A stretch of 64,000 nucleotides of DNA, taken from assembly GCF_009914755.1 (NCBI RefSeq), contig NC_060930.1; one strand, given 5' to 3'. The notes under the pieces were generated by a model that saw only the letters and a list, made by a program, of their open reading frames with translations, was not told where the DNA came from and did not search any database. The position numbers and the translations under genes are program-made. Within the stretch, counting starts at the first letter, position 1, and each line of letters opens with the position of its first letter. This document shows, piece after piece, positions 30,207-45,348 of this stretch. The stretch is from the human T2T-CHM13v2.0 reference genome, Homo sapiens.

Positions 30207-32750
30207 GTGTACAATAATAGAAAAAAGTTGCAATTCCTTGCCTCCACTGTGAGACAAACCCCAGCCACATCTCCAGCGCACAAGAACTTCCAAATGCCTG
30301 AACGGCAGTGGCCAGGCGTTCCTCCAGAACCTCCTCCCACAGGAGCTTGCTACACATGCCGGAAATCTGGCCACTGGGCCAAGGAATGCCCGCAGCCCGG
30401 GATTCCTCCTAAGCCGCGTCCCATCTGTGTGGGACCCCACTGAAAATTGGACTGTTCAACTCACCTGGCAGCCACTCCCACAGCCCATGGAACTCTGGCC
30501 CAAGGCTCTTTGACTGACTCCTTCCCAGATCTTCTCGGCTTAGCAGCTGAAGACTGACACTGCCCGATCTCCTCGGAAGCCCCCTAGACCATCACGGACA
30601 CCGAGCTTCGGGTAACTCTCACAGTGGAAGGTAAGCCCGTCCCCTTCTTAATCAATACGGAGGCTACCCACTGCACATTACCTTTTTTTCAAGGGCCTGT
30701 TTCCCTTGCCTCCATAACTGTTGTGGGTATTGATGGCCAGGCTTCTAAACCTCTTAAAACTCCCCAACTCTGGTGCCAACTTAGACAATACTCTTTTAAG
30801 CACTCCTTTTTAGTTATCCCCACCTGCCCAGTTCCCTTATTAGGCTGAGACACTTTAATTATCTGCTTCCCTGACTATTCCTGGACTACAGCTATATCTC
30901 ATTGCCGCCCTTCTTCCCAATCCAAAGCCTCCTTTGCATCCTCCTCTTGTATCCCCCCAACCTTAACCCACAAGTATAAGATACCTCTACTCCCTCTTAG
31001 GCAACCGATCATGCACCCCTTACCATCTCATTAAAACCTAATCACCTTTACCCTACTCAACGCCAATATTCCATCCCGCAGCACACTTTAAAAAGATTAA
31101 AGCCTGTTATCACTCGCCTGCTACAGCATGGCCTTTTAAAGCCTATAAACTCTCCTTACAATTCCCCCATTTTACCTGTCCTAAAACCAGACAAGCCTTA
31201 CAAGTTAGTTCAGGATCTGCACCTTATCAACCAAATTGTTTTGCCTATCCACCCGGTGGTGCCAAACCCATACACTCTCCTATCCTCAATACCTGCCTCT
31301 ACAACCCATTATTCTGTTCTAGATCTCAAACATGCTTTCTTTACTATTCCTTTGCACCCTCAATCCCAGCCTCTCTTCGCTTTCACTTGGACTGACCCTG
31401 ACACCCATTAAGCTCAGCAAATTACCTAGGCTGTACTGCCGCAAAGCTTCACAGACAGCCCCCATTACTTCAATCAAGCCCAAATTTCTTCCTCATCTGT
31501 TACCTATCTCGGCATAATTCTCATAAAAACACACGTGCTCTTCCTGCCAATCGTGTCCGACTGATCTCTCAAACCCCAGCACCTTCTACAAAACAACAAC
31601 TTCTTTCCTTCCTAGGCATGGTTAGCACGGTCAGAATTCTTACACAAGAGCCAGGACCACACCCTGTAGCCTTTCTGTCCAAACAACTTGACCTTACTGT
31701 TTTAGCCTAGCCCTCACGTCTGCATGCAGCAGCTGCCGCTGCTTTAATACTTTTAGAGGCCCTCAAAATCACAAACTATGCTCAACTCACTCTCTACAGT
31801 TCTCATAACTTCCAAAATCTATTTTCTTCCTCATACCTGACGCATATACTTTCTGCTCCCCGGCTCCTTCAGCTGTAGTCACTCTTTAAGTCCCACAATT
31901 ACCATTGTTCCTGGCCTGGACTTCAATCTGGCCTCCCATGTTATTCCTGATACCACACCTGACCCCCATGACTGTATCTCTCTGATCCACCTGATATTCA
32001 CCCCATTTCCCCATATTTCCTTCTTTCCTGTTCCTCACCCTGATCACGCTTGATTTATTGATGGCGGTTCCACCAGGCCTAATCGCCACACACCAGCAAA
32101 GGCAGGTTATGCTATAGTACAAGCCACTAGCCCGCCTCTTAGAACCTCTCATTTCCTTTCCATCGTGGAAATCTATCCTCAAGGAAATAACTTCTCAGTG
32201 TTCCATCTGCTATTCTACTGCTCCTCAGGGATTATTCAGGTCCCCTCCCTTCCCTACACATCAAGCTCGAGGATTTGCCCCACCCAGGACTGGCAAATTA
32301 GCTTTACTCAACATGCCCTGAGTCGGATAACTAAAATACCTCTTAGTCTAGGTAGATACTTTCACTGGATAGGTAGAGGCCTTTCCTACAGGGTCTGAGA
32401 AGGCCACCGCAGTCATTTCTTCCGTTCTGTCAGACATAATTCCTCAGTTTAGCCTTCCCACCTCAATACAGTCTGATAACAGATGAGCCTTTATTAGTCA
32501 AATCAGCCAAGCAGTTTTTCAGGCTCTTAGTATTCAGTGAAACCTTTATATCCCTTACGGTCCTCCGTCTTCAAGAAAAGTAGAATGGACTAAAGGTCTT
32601 TTAAAAACACACCTCACCAAGCTCAGCCACCGAAAAGGACTGGACAATACTTTTACCACTTTCCCTTCTCAGAATTCAGGCCTGTCCTCGGAATGCTACA
32701 GGGTACAGCCCATTTAAGCTCCTGTATAGACGCTCCTTTTTATTAGGCCC
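30207..32750 (+). pseudogene. Disabled HERV-H gag-pro-pol
   Basis: CCHC knuckle CYTCRKSGHWAKEC, protease-like LINTEAT (catalytic DTG degenerate), RT-like YSVLDLKHAFFTIPL, integrase remnant; many stops, frameshifts and deletions. Confidence 0.9.
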
Positions 32751-33370
32751 CAGTCTCATTCCAGACACCAGACCAACTTAGACTGTGCCCCCCAAAAAAC
32801 TTGTCATCCCTACTATCTTCTGTCTAGTCATACTCCTATTCACCGTTCTCAACTACTCATACATGCCCTGCTCTTGTTTACACTGCCGGTTTACACTGTT
32901 TTTCCAAGCCATCACAGCTGATATCTCCTGGTGCTATCCCCAAACTGCCACTCCTAACTCTTGAAGTAAATAAATAATCTTTGCTGGCAGGACTATGCTG
33001 AATCTCCTTAGGCACTCTCTAATCAGATATCCTGAGTCGTCCCAATTCTTAGAACTTTTATACCTGTTTTTCTCCTTCTGTTATTCCATTTAGTTTCTCA
33101 ATTCATCCAAAACCGTGTCCAGGCCATCACCAATCATTCTATACGACAAACTTTTCTTCTAACATCCCCACAATATCACCCCTTACCACAAGACCTCCCT
33201 TCAGCTTAATCTCTCCCACTCTAGGTTCCCACGCCGCCCCAATCCCGCTTGAAGCAGCCCGGAGAAACATCGCCCATTCTCTCTCCGTACCACCCCCCAA
33301 AAATTTTCGCTGCCCCAACACTTCAACACTATTTTGTTTTATTTTTCTTATTAATATAAGAGGGCAGGAA

Positions 33371-33822
33371 TGTCAGGCCTCTGAGCCCAAGCCAAGCCAT
33401 CGCATCCCCTGTGACTTGCACGTATAAGCCCAGATGGCCTGAAGTAACTGAAGAATCACAAAAGAAGTGAATATGCCCTGCCCCACCTTAACTGATGACA
33501 TTCCACCACAAAAGAAGTGTAAATGGCCGGTCCTTGCCTTAAGTGATGACATTACCTTGTGAAAGTCCTTTTCCTGGCTCATCCTGGCTCAAAAACACCC
33601 CCACTGAGCACCTTGCGACCCCCACTCCTGCCCGCCAGAGAACAAACCCCCTTTGACTGTAATTTTCCTTTACCTGCCCAAATCCTATAAAACGGCCCCA
33701 CTCTTATCTCCCTTTGCTGACTCTCTTTTCGGACTCAGCCCGCCTGCACCCAGGTGAAATAAACAGCCATGTTGCTCACACAAAGCCTGTTTGGTGGTCT
33801 CTTCATACGGACGCGCATGAAA
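33371..33822 (+). promoter_or_regulatory. LTR7 (3' LTR), LTR7up-like
   Basis: TGTCAGGCCTCTGAGCCCAAG start, two CACAAAAGAAGTG blocks, TATAAAA, AATAAA, GCGCATGAAA end. Confidence 0.92.
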
Positions 33823-35618
33823 GGGACCACTGGCCTTTCGTGAGTAGAGGTATGACATGAACCTTCGGAAGCCTTTGGAGTCAGTCCTCTGACTGCTGCA
33901 TTGCGAATACACAGGAGTGGGGGCCACAGTGGAAGTAGAGAGGCCTAGCATGAGGCCATTGCAATAACAGAGACAAAACGATGGCAGTGAGTAGTGGGGA
34001 GACAGCTGTGAGGCAAGACCCTGTACATGTCCTGAAGTTAGAGCCATTAGCCTTTGCTGATGATGTGATGTAGGAGGTGTGGGAAAGAGACACATCAATG
34101 TTGACCCCCAAATGTTCTACCTGAACATGAAAGAATGGAGTGGCCATTAAATGTGATAAGAAAAGGCTGAGTGAGAAGCAGATTCTCAGAAGAAGATGAG
34201 GAGCTCAGTTTAGAACGTGTCAATGTTTCTATTTATTTACATATTGATTACTTACAGTGCTCTTCCTTCCCTCATGTAGATCCAAATTAGCATCTGGTAT
34301 AATTTTCCTTCTATCAGAAGAACTTCCTTTAACATTTCTTTTAGTCCACATCTGCTGGTGACTAATCCCCTCAGCATTTTCTGAAAACATCTTCATTTTA
34401 CTTTCAATTTTGAAAGATATTTTCACTGGATATGGAATTCTGGGTCAGCAGTTCCTGCCTCCCCCCACCTCCTACCCCTACCCCAATCAATAACTTTGGT
34501 TGCTTCAATGTCTTCTGACTTTTATAGTTTCTGACAAGAATTCTTTTGTCATACTGATCTTTGTCCTTTGAATTTAATATACTTTTCTTTCCTGGTTGAG
34601 CTGAAACTGTTTGCTTCGTCATGTGTTTTCAGCAATTTGATTATGGTATGCCTTGGTGTGGTGCCCTGTATGTAAGTCCTAATAAACTCATCTAGTTGTC
34701 AAGCTGGACTTGTCTGAGTCATTCTCTGGTCTCTCAGCACCTTCCTTGTTTGTGGGGGGAGAATGTTATAGTCCTAAGTTTTTCTCATAACGGTAGTTTC
34801 ACTTGATATGCTGGAGGGTATTGCCAATAGGCAAAGGAAATCTTTTTTCTCTCCTTTCCATTTTATAGGGCTTATCACTGGAACCCAGTATTTTCTTTCT
34901 TTTAAAATTATATGCATACATATACATAAATTATGCACATACATGTGTGTGTGTGTATATATATGTGTATATATATATATATATGTAGTCTGTGACAAAG
35001 CTTCAGGAGGTCCTGAGAACATGTGCCCCTGGTGTGGTTTTCTTTGTGTTTCTTCTGTTTGGGGTTCTTAGAGGTTCTGGGATATGTGGGTTTATGTTTT
35101 CATCAAATTAAGAACATTTTTTATCATTTTTTTTAAGGGTTTTTTTTCTGTCAATTCTCTTTACTGAGTCTTCAACTACATGCTGTTAGATTGCTTGATA
35201 GTGTCAAACAGTATCATTGATAAGGTCATGATGCTTTGTTCATTTTTTAAAAAGTCTTTTTTTCTCTGCGCTTTATCTAGGACATTTTCTATTGCTTTAA
35301 GTTTACTTTAATATTTTTAAGTTCACTGATCTTCAATTTTGTAGGGTTTAATCTGTTGTTAATCTTTTCCATTATATTTTTAATTTCTGATATTGTATTT
35401 TTATCAGTGCAAACTATGTGTAATTCTTTTTATAATATTTCTACCACTTCTTCCCTCATAATGTTAATATTTTCTTCCACTTCCCTGATTGTATGGAGTA
35501 TAATTATAGTAGAATTTGAAATTTTCTGTCTGCTAATTTCATCATCTCTGTAAATCTGGTTCTGTTGCTATTGAGTGACTTTCCTTTTGGTTATGGGTCA
35601 TATATCCTCCTTCTTTGA

Positions 35619-38730
<3,112 letters not shown>

Positions 38731-40213
38731 TATTTTGTATTCTTTTAAATAGTGCTGAACATTGTTCTGGCATGCAGTTAGTTAAGTTGCTTGGATTCAG
38801 TTTGATCCTTCTGAGGCCTGCCTTAAGCTTTTTTAGGGTGAATCCAGGGTACCTTTTGGTTCAAATTTAACTTATGCCCAATACTAAGCGGACACTCTTC
38901 TGAGGATTTTACCCAATGCTCTATGTATTTCAAGGTCTTTCTCCTTTGGTTGGTGGAAACATTGAGTATTTTCCACCCTGTGTGAGTGTTTAGAATTTTT
39001 CTGTCTGCTGTTTTTTAAAGGGGTTTTCTCCAGTCTCAGATAGTTTTCTGTCGCGTATGCTCACATCAGTACTCAGACAATGACTGAGGTGCTCCTCTGC
39101 AGTTCTTGAATCCTCTCTGTGTAGCTCCCTCCTCTCTGCCTCACAGATTCTAGCTGTTTTGGCCTTTCTCAACTCAGATCTCTTCTTCTCTACTCTGTGA
39201 GATACCTTGGCTCTGGGTTTCTTCTGTCTCCTCTACAGCCTGGAAACTGTCCAAACAGTAAGCTGATAGTAAGGATAGAGCTCATCTTGCTCATTTTTTT
39301 TCTTCTCTTGGGGAATCACTGTGCACACTACCAATGTCCAATGGCTGAAAATTATTGTTTCATATATGTTGTCTGATTCGGTAGATGTAAAAGCCTAGGA
39401 TGCTGCTGGTGGTGGTTAAATCCAATTTCTGTTATTCCAAACTGGTAGAAAGCAGAAACTCTTAGGGCATTTTAATTTGGGGATATGTCTGTTGAACATG
39501 CAAGTAGTGTTGTCATGTAGGCATTTAGATATATGTGTTTGGAGATCCGGAAAGAGTTCCAGATTAGAGATACACATTTGTTATATACATTTAATCACAT
39601 ATTGCCTTGGAAAATTTCTTTCCAATGGCCCCATCCCTCTTATCAGAACTAAACTGTTACACATTCTATCTTATCAGGTGTCACTAAGGAGATAGGCTAA
39701 ATAAAATAAGGTAATAGTGTCATTGAGTCACTCTTTCCAGGTACATGTTTATCCGTTAATAGGGCCTACCCAAGTCAATATTCTTGCCAACCAAACACAA
39801 ATAAATTTTACCTGAATTGCCAATTCTTTTCCATTAATAGTGGCTCCCTGAAGTGCTATGTACAGAAGAAATCTGAGGCCATGTCCAGGCAAAGAGTGCC
39901 ATGGCTGATTACTTATTTCTGTTGTGGAAGCGGGAAGGAGAATAGGGATAACTGTACCATGTGTTATGCTGCCTGTTTTGACATAGAACAATAAATGGAT
40001 ATATTTGGGGCAAGTGATATACAAACAACACAATATAGACTATCAACTATTTTGCTTTTATTGAGAAAGATATTACTAGTTATTTCTGTAGAATAACTCA
40101 TAAGCATATATTCCCAGCCCCAAATTAGTTAATAACACAAATTCATGTTGGATTTTTTTCTAGCACAATGTGGTTGGAAAATAGAACCTCTCCTTATGCA
40201 ACTCATAGGTGGT

Positions 40214-40570
40214 TGTAGTGTGACAGGTCCCTCACCAGGATACCTAAGGGCATATGTCTGCCACCTGAACCCTGAAGGCTGGGTGGTGAGCCAAGGCCAT
40301 AGTGCCCAACCCAGGTGTCCCTGAGAAACCAAACATCCTGGAGAATATCTGAGAACATACCAAGAAAAACAGTCTCATTGTTCAAACACAGTCAGCAAAG
40401 AGCCAAAAAATTAGCTTAATAGCATGCCGCCATCCAGGAATGCCCTGTATGTAAGTCAAAATAAATCACCTACTCATCAATCTGGACTTGTCTGAACCAT
40501 TCTTTGGTCTCTTGGCACCTTCCTAGTTTGAAAGGGGGGAACGTTACAGCCCCAAGTTTTTCTCTTAACA
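40214..40570 (+). mobile_element. ERVL solo LTR (LTR32-like)
   Basis: TG...CA ends, GTGGT/GTGGC flanks, AATAAA, CCTGAACCCTGAAGGCTGGG motif. Confidence 0.65.
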
Positions 40571-40892
40571 GTGGCTTCATTCAATATATTGGAGGGTGTT
40601 GGCAACAGGCAAAGGAAATCTCTTCTCTCTCTTTTTCATGTCATAGGGCTTATCACTGGAGCCCAGCTGTCTTTCCTATATAAGGGGAAATCTAGAAGAA
40701 AAAAAAAATCGTATTTTTTAAACTAGAAGTTAAGAAAAGCTCTACTTGGAACATCAGAGCTAAACCTTCTTTAGATTATATTGAATTGTATTTTCAAGTT
40801 TATTTGAATGATATTTGGAATATAGTAGGCTTTCAATAAACAATTTGTGAATGCATTAAGTGACTTTTCTATTTTCAACCTTGAATGGATAT

Positions 40893-41279
40893 TGTATTAG
40901 TCCATTCTTACACTGCTATAAAGAAATACCTGAGACGGGGTAATTTATAAAGAAAAGAGGTTTAATTGACTCACACTTCCACAGGCTGTACAGGAAGCAT
41001 GACTGAGGCAGGGGGACCCAGGAAATGTACAATCATGGCAGAAGATGAAGAGAAAGGAGGAACGTTTTACATGGCCAGAGAAGGAGGAAGAGAGCGAAAC
41101 GGGAGGTGCTACACAGTTTTAAACAACCAGATCTCTTGAGAACTCACTCACTATCATGAGAAAAGCAAGGGGGTAATCTGCCCCCATGATACAGTTACCT
41201 CCCACCAGTTTCCTTCTCCAACACTGGGGTTATAATTCGACATGAGATTTGGGTGAGGACACAAATCCAAACCATATCA
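40893..41279 (-). mobile_element. MSTA-like MaLR LTR
   Basis: TGTATTAGTCCATTCTTACACTGCTATAAAGAAATACCTGAG ... AAACCATATCA. Confidence 0.88.
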
Positions 41280-41442
41280 AATACCTAGGCTTATTGCTGA
41301 GACCTTTCCTTGTAGCCAAATGTTGACACTCTGGGATCACAAAACACCTCAGGCAAGTCTTGAAAGACCTCAGCCACATAAAAGATACTAATTGTGGCTG
41401 ATCAATACCTTCAAAAGTGTGAATTTAATCCAGATAACAGGG

Positions 41443-42554
41443 TCATGATACTTAATTTTATGTGTCAACCTGACTGGGTTAAGGAATGCCCAGATAGCTG
41501 GTAAAACATTGTTTTTACGTTTTTATAGGGGTGTTTGTGGGGGTGTTTCTGGAAGACATTAGTATTTGAATCAGTGAATTGAGTAAAGAAGATCCTCTCT
41601 ACTAATGTGGGCAGGCATCATTCAATCCATTGAATGCCAAGACAATAAAAAAGTGGAGGAAGGGCAAATTCTCTCTCTCTTTCCCATTGAATTGGCACAC
41701 CCATCTTTGCCTGCTCTTGGATGGCAGAGTTCTTGGACTCTGGGACTTACACCACCACCCTCATCTCTGCTTCCCTGGTTTTCAGACTGGGAGTTTTGCC
41801 ACTCAGTTTCCTGGTGTTATTAGTCAGCCTTCTCCCAACGGACAGAATCAATAGGATATATGTATATATAAAAGGAAGTTTATTACAGAGATTTGGCTCA
41901 CACATTTACGTGGTGAAGTCCCATATTAGGCTGTCTGCAGGCTGGGGAAAGAGAGAAGCCGGTAGAGGCTCAGTCTAAGTCTGAAAGCCTCAAAACTAAG
42001 GAAGCTGACAATGCAGCCTTCAGTCTGTGGCCCAAAAGTCTGTGGCCCAAAAGTCCCCAGGAAGCTGCGGGTGCAAGTCTTAGAGTTCAAAGACCAAAGA
42101 ACCCGGAGCCTGATCTCAAAGGACAGGGGAAGTGAAAGCACGCATCTGGCACAGGAAGAACAAAGAGAGCCAGGAGACTTGGTAGGCAAACCTATCCCAC
42201 CTTCTTCCACCTGCTTTGTTCTAGCAGTGCTGGCAGCCAATTGGATGGTGCCCACCCATACTGAAAGCAGGTCTTCCTTTCCCAGACCACTGACTCAAAT
42301 GTCAGTCTCCTCTGACAACACCCTCACAGACACACCCAGGAATAATACTTTACCAGCCATCTAGGCATTCCTCAATCCAATCAAGTGACACCTAATATTA
42401 ACCATCATGCCGGGGTCTCCAGTTGCAGATGTCAGACTGTGGGACTTCTGGACCTTCATAATTGCTGAGTCAATTCCCATAACATATCTCCTCTAATATA
42501 GAATTTATATGCATCCTATTGGTTCTGTCTTTCTGGAGATCCCTGACTAATACA
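41443..42554 (+). mobile_element. MLT2 LTR with a second, inverted MLT2 LTR nested at ~41815-42409
   Basis: Outer TTAATTTTATGTGTCAACCTGACTGG ... CCCTGACTAATACA; inner TATTAGTCAG ... AATATTAACCATCA. Confidence 0.8.
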
Positions 42555-42711
42555 AGGGCCCAACGTGAGGTGCAGTTTCCATCTTTCCACACCAGTTACC
42601 CATCATGATTTCTCTTCAGTTGACTCAAGCAGAGTTAGTTGCACCTGGGAAGTTTGTTTGCACTTCTCATTTAATTCAGTTTGACAAGCATTTAACAAGA
42701 CCTTACTCTGT

Positions 42712-42937
42712 AGCAAGGTTTCTCAACCTTGCCACTCTTGACATTTTGCCTTGACATTTTGTTGTCTAATTCTATGCTGTGCTGTGCTGTCCTGCACATT
42801 GTAGGATGTTTAGCAATATTCCTGGCATTCACTCACTAGATGCCAGGGGTACGCTCAACCCCCCTTAGTCTTGATAATGTCTCCAGACATCAACAGATGT
42901 CCCAAGAGTAAAACTACTGTTACTTGAGAAGCACTGC
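42712..42937. mobile_element. MER20-like hAT element
   Basis: TTTCTCAACCTTG..TTGACATTTTG..GCACATTGTAGGATGTTTAGCA..TGAGAAGCACTG. Confidence 0.8.
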
Positions 42938-43331
42938 CCTAAACTCTCACCTTTGTAAATAAACCTTCCTTGAATTATCGTATTTTAAGTATGACATCTG
43001 TATCCTGTTGGAATTAGTGACTGATACAGAGTGTATGCAAAGCTAAATGAATTTGAAGTTCATTTTGAAGTGCACAAGGAGAAATAACATGGTTGGTCTT
43101 AGACTATTTGGTTATCTTATACAGTAATTAAAAGTAAATAACTTTGGCTAGTGGAAAGAGTGAAGTGTTTGATCTAGAATTGGTAGAATGCCTAGACAGG
43201 TGATGATGAGGGCCTAAGTCAAGGCTTCCCTACTGAATGAATGGAGAATAGCTGTACAGGAACATGGACCCCCTCACCCCTCAGGATGGTTGAAGGATTC
43301 TGAGTCTTGTTTCCAGTAACTTATACAATCA

Positions 43332-43691
<360 letters not shown>

Positions 43692-43967
43692 TTATTTTCT
43701 AATGTGAAAATAATTTCACTTTTATGTGGAAAGTGTGAAAACCCTTGCCTAAACTAATTCATGGGCAATGAGGACAGTAAAGAGGAATTATATTTCCAAG
43801 ATGCTGATAAGGCAAACTTGATTAGACTTGGTGATTGATTAATATGGGGGTGAGAGATAGTGAGGAGTCAAGGATGACCCAAGTATTTGCTTAGGTGCCT
43901 AAATAGGTAGCGGTGGTTTTGCCAACTAAGATTGGGAACACAGAAGGAAGAGAAGAGCATGTTTTGG

Positions 43968-45348
43968 AGCAGTGGTTGTCAAAGTGTGGTTCCTGGACTA
44001 GCATCATCGGCATCACCTGGGGACTTGTTGGACATGCAATTCTCAGACTGCACCCTCGTCTACTCTGGGGGTGGGGCCCAGTGATCTAAGAACCTGTCCA
44101 GGTAATTCTGATCTATGTTGGAATTTGAGAGCTTCTGTTTGGATGTAAGGTAATACTTTCCACCTGAGGCTTGTTGAATGTTCCAGCAGGACATTCAGCG
44201 AAGTTTGTGGTCTCGAACTTCCTTGGCTTCCTTGTGCTTAGTCTTATGGGTTTTTGTTGTTGTTATTGTTTTGTTTGCTTGTTTTTTTTTTTAGTGAAGG
44301 AAGAGCTGTCAAGCTCCTTTTTACCCCCTTGTTCCTTGAGGCCAAACAGAATCACAGAGAACATTTCTTTTAGAAAAATGATACACACAAAACTTGGATA
44401 AACGATGGTTATGGTGTTGATATTTCAGTCTGAAGTCTACTTTTTTTCAGAGGAGGAGCAAACCTGCTGCCTCTTCTTCCTCCCACCCATTTGTTTTCTG
44501 TATCAGGGATCAGCAATGGCCCATGGGCCAAATCTAGTCTCTGACCTGTTTTTGTAAACAAAATTTTATTGGAACATCACCATGCCCATTTGTTAACATA
44601 TTATCTATGACTTCTTTTGCACTACCCAGCAGAGTTTGGTTGTGACAGAGAATGTATGAAGTGCAACATCTAAAACTTTTCTTCTCTGGCCTTTTAGAGA
44701 AAAAGTCTACTGACCTCTCCTTGAGACCAGCGGTTCTCAAAGTTCAGCATTCATCAGAATCCCTGGGGTGGGGAGAGGGGTTTGAAACACAGGTCACCAG
44801 GCCTCCCCTCCAGTGTTTCTGATTCAGTAGGTCTTGAACGCAGCCTGGGAATTTACATTTCTAACAAGTTCCCAGGTGATGCTGATGTTGCTGGTCTGGG
44901 GGCAACACTTTGAGAATGTATTAGTCCACTCTTGCATCTCTCTAAAGAAATACCTGAAACTGGGTAATTTATAATGAAAAGAGGTTTAATTGGCTCATGG
45001 TTCTCAGGCTGTACAGGAAACATAATGCTAGCATCTGCTTGACCTCTGGGGATGCTTCAGGAAACTTACAATCATGGTGGAAGGTGAGCGGGGAGCAGGC
45101 ACTTCACATGGCCACAGCAGGAGCAAGGTGGTGGGGGTGGTGCCACACACTTTTAAACAACCAGATCTTGTGAGAACTCACTCACTCTCATGAGGACAGT
45201 ACCAAGGGAATGGTGCTAAAGCACTCAAGAAATCCACTCTCATGATCCAGTCACCTCCCACCAGGCCCCACCCCCAGCACTGGGGATTATGGTTTAACAT
45301 AAGGTTTTGGTGGGGACACAAATCCAAACTATATCAGAAAACTACTGC
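43968..45348. mobile_element. Cluster: MER5A (~43968-44135), MER58 (~44503-44720), MER5A interrupted by MSTA LTR (44917-45336, -)
   Basis: CAGTGGTTGTCAAAGTGTGG; GTAAACAAAATTTTATTGGAAC; CAGCGGTTCTCAAAG..AAGTTCCCAGGTGATGCTGATG; TGTATTAGTCC..TATATCA. Confidence 0.75.

Larger units (their letters stand above)
28464..33822 (+). mobile_element. HERV-H provirus: internal region plus 3' LTR7, 5' LTR absent
   Basis: tRNA-His PBS TGGTGCCGTGACTCGGAT at 28467-28484, splice donor GTAAGT at 28611, gag/pro/pol remnants, polypurine tract ending 33370, LTR 33371-33822, TSD GGGAC at 28459-28463 and 33823-33827. Confidence 0.96.
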
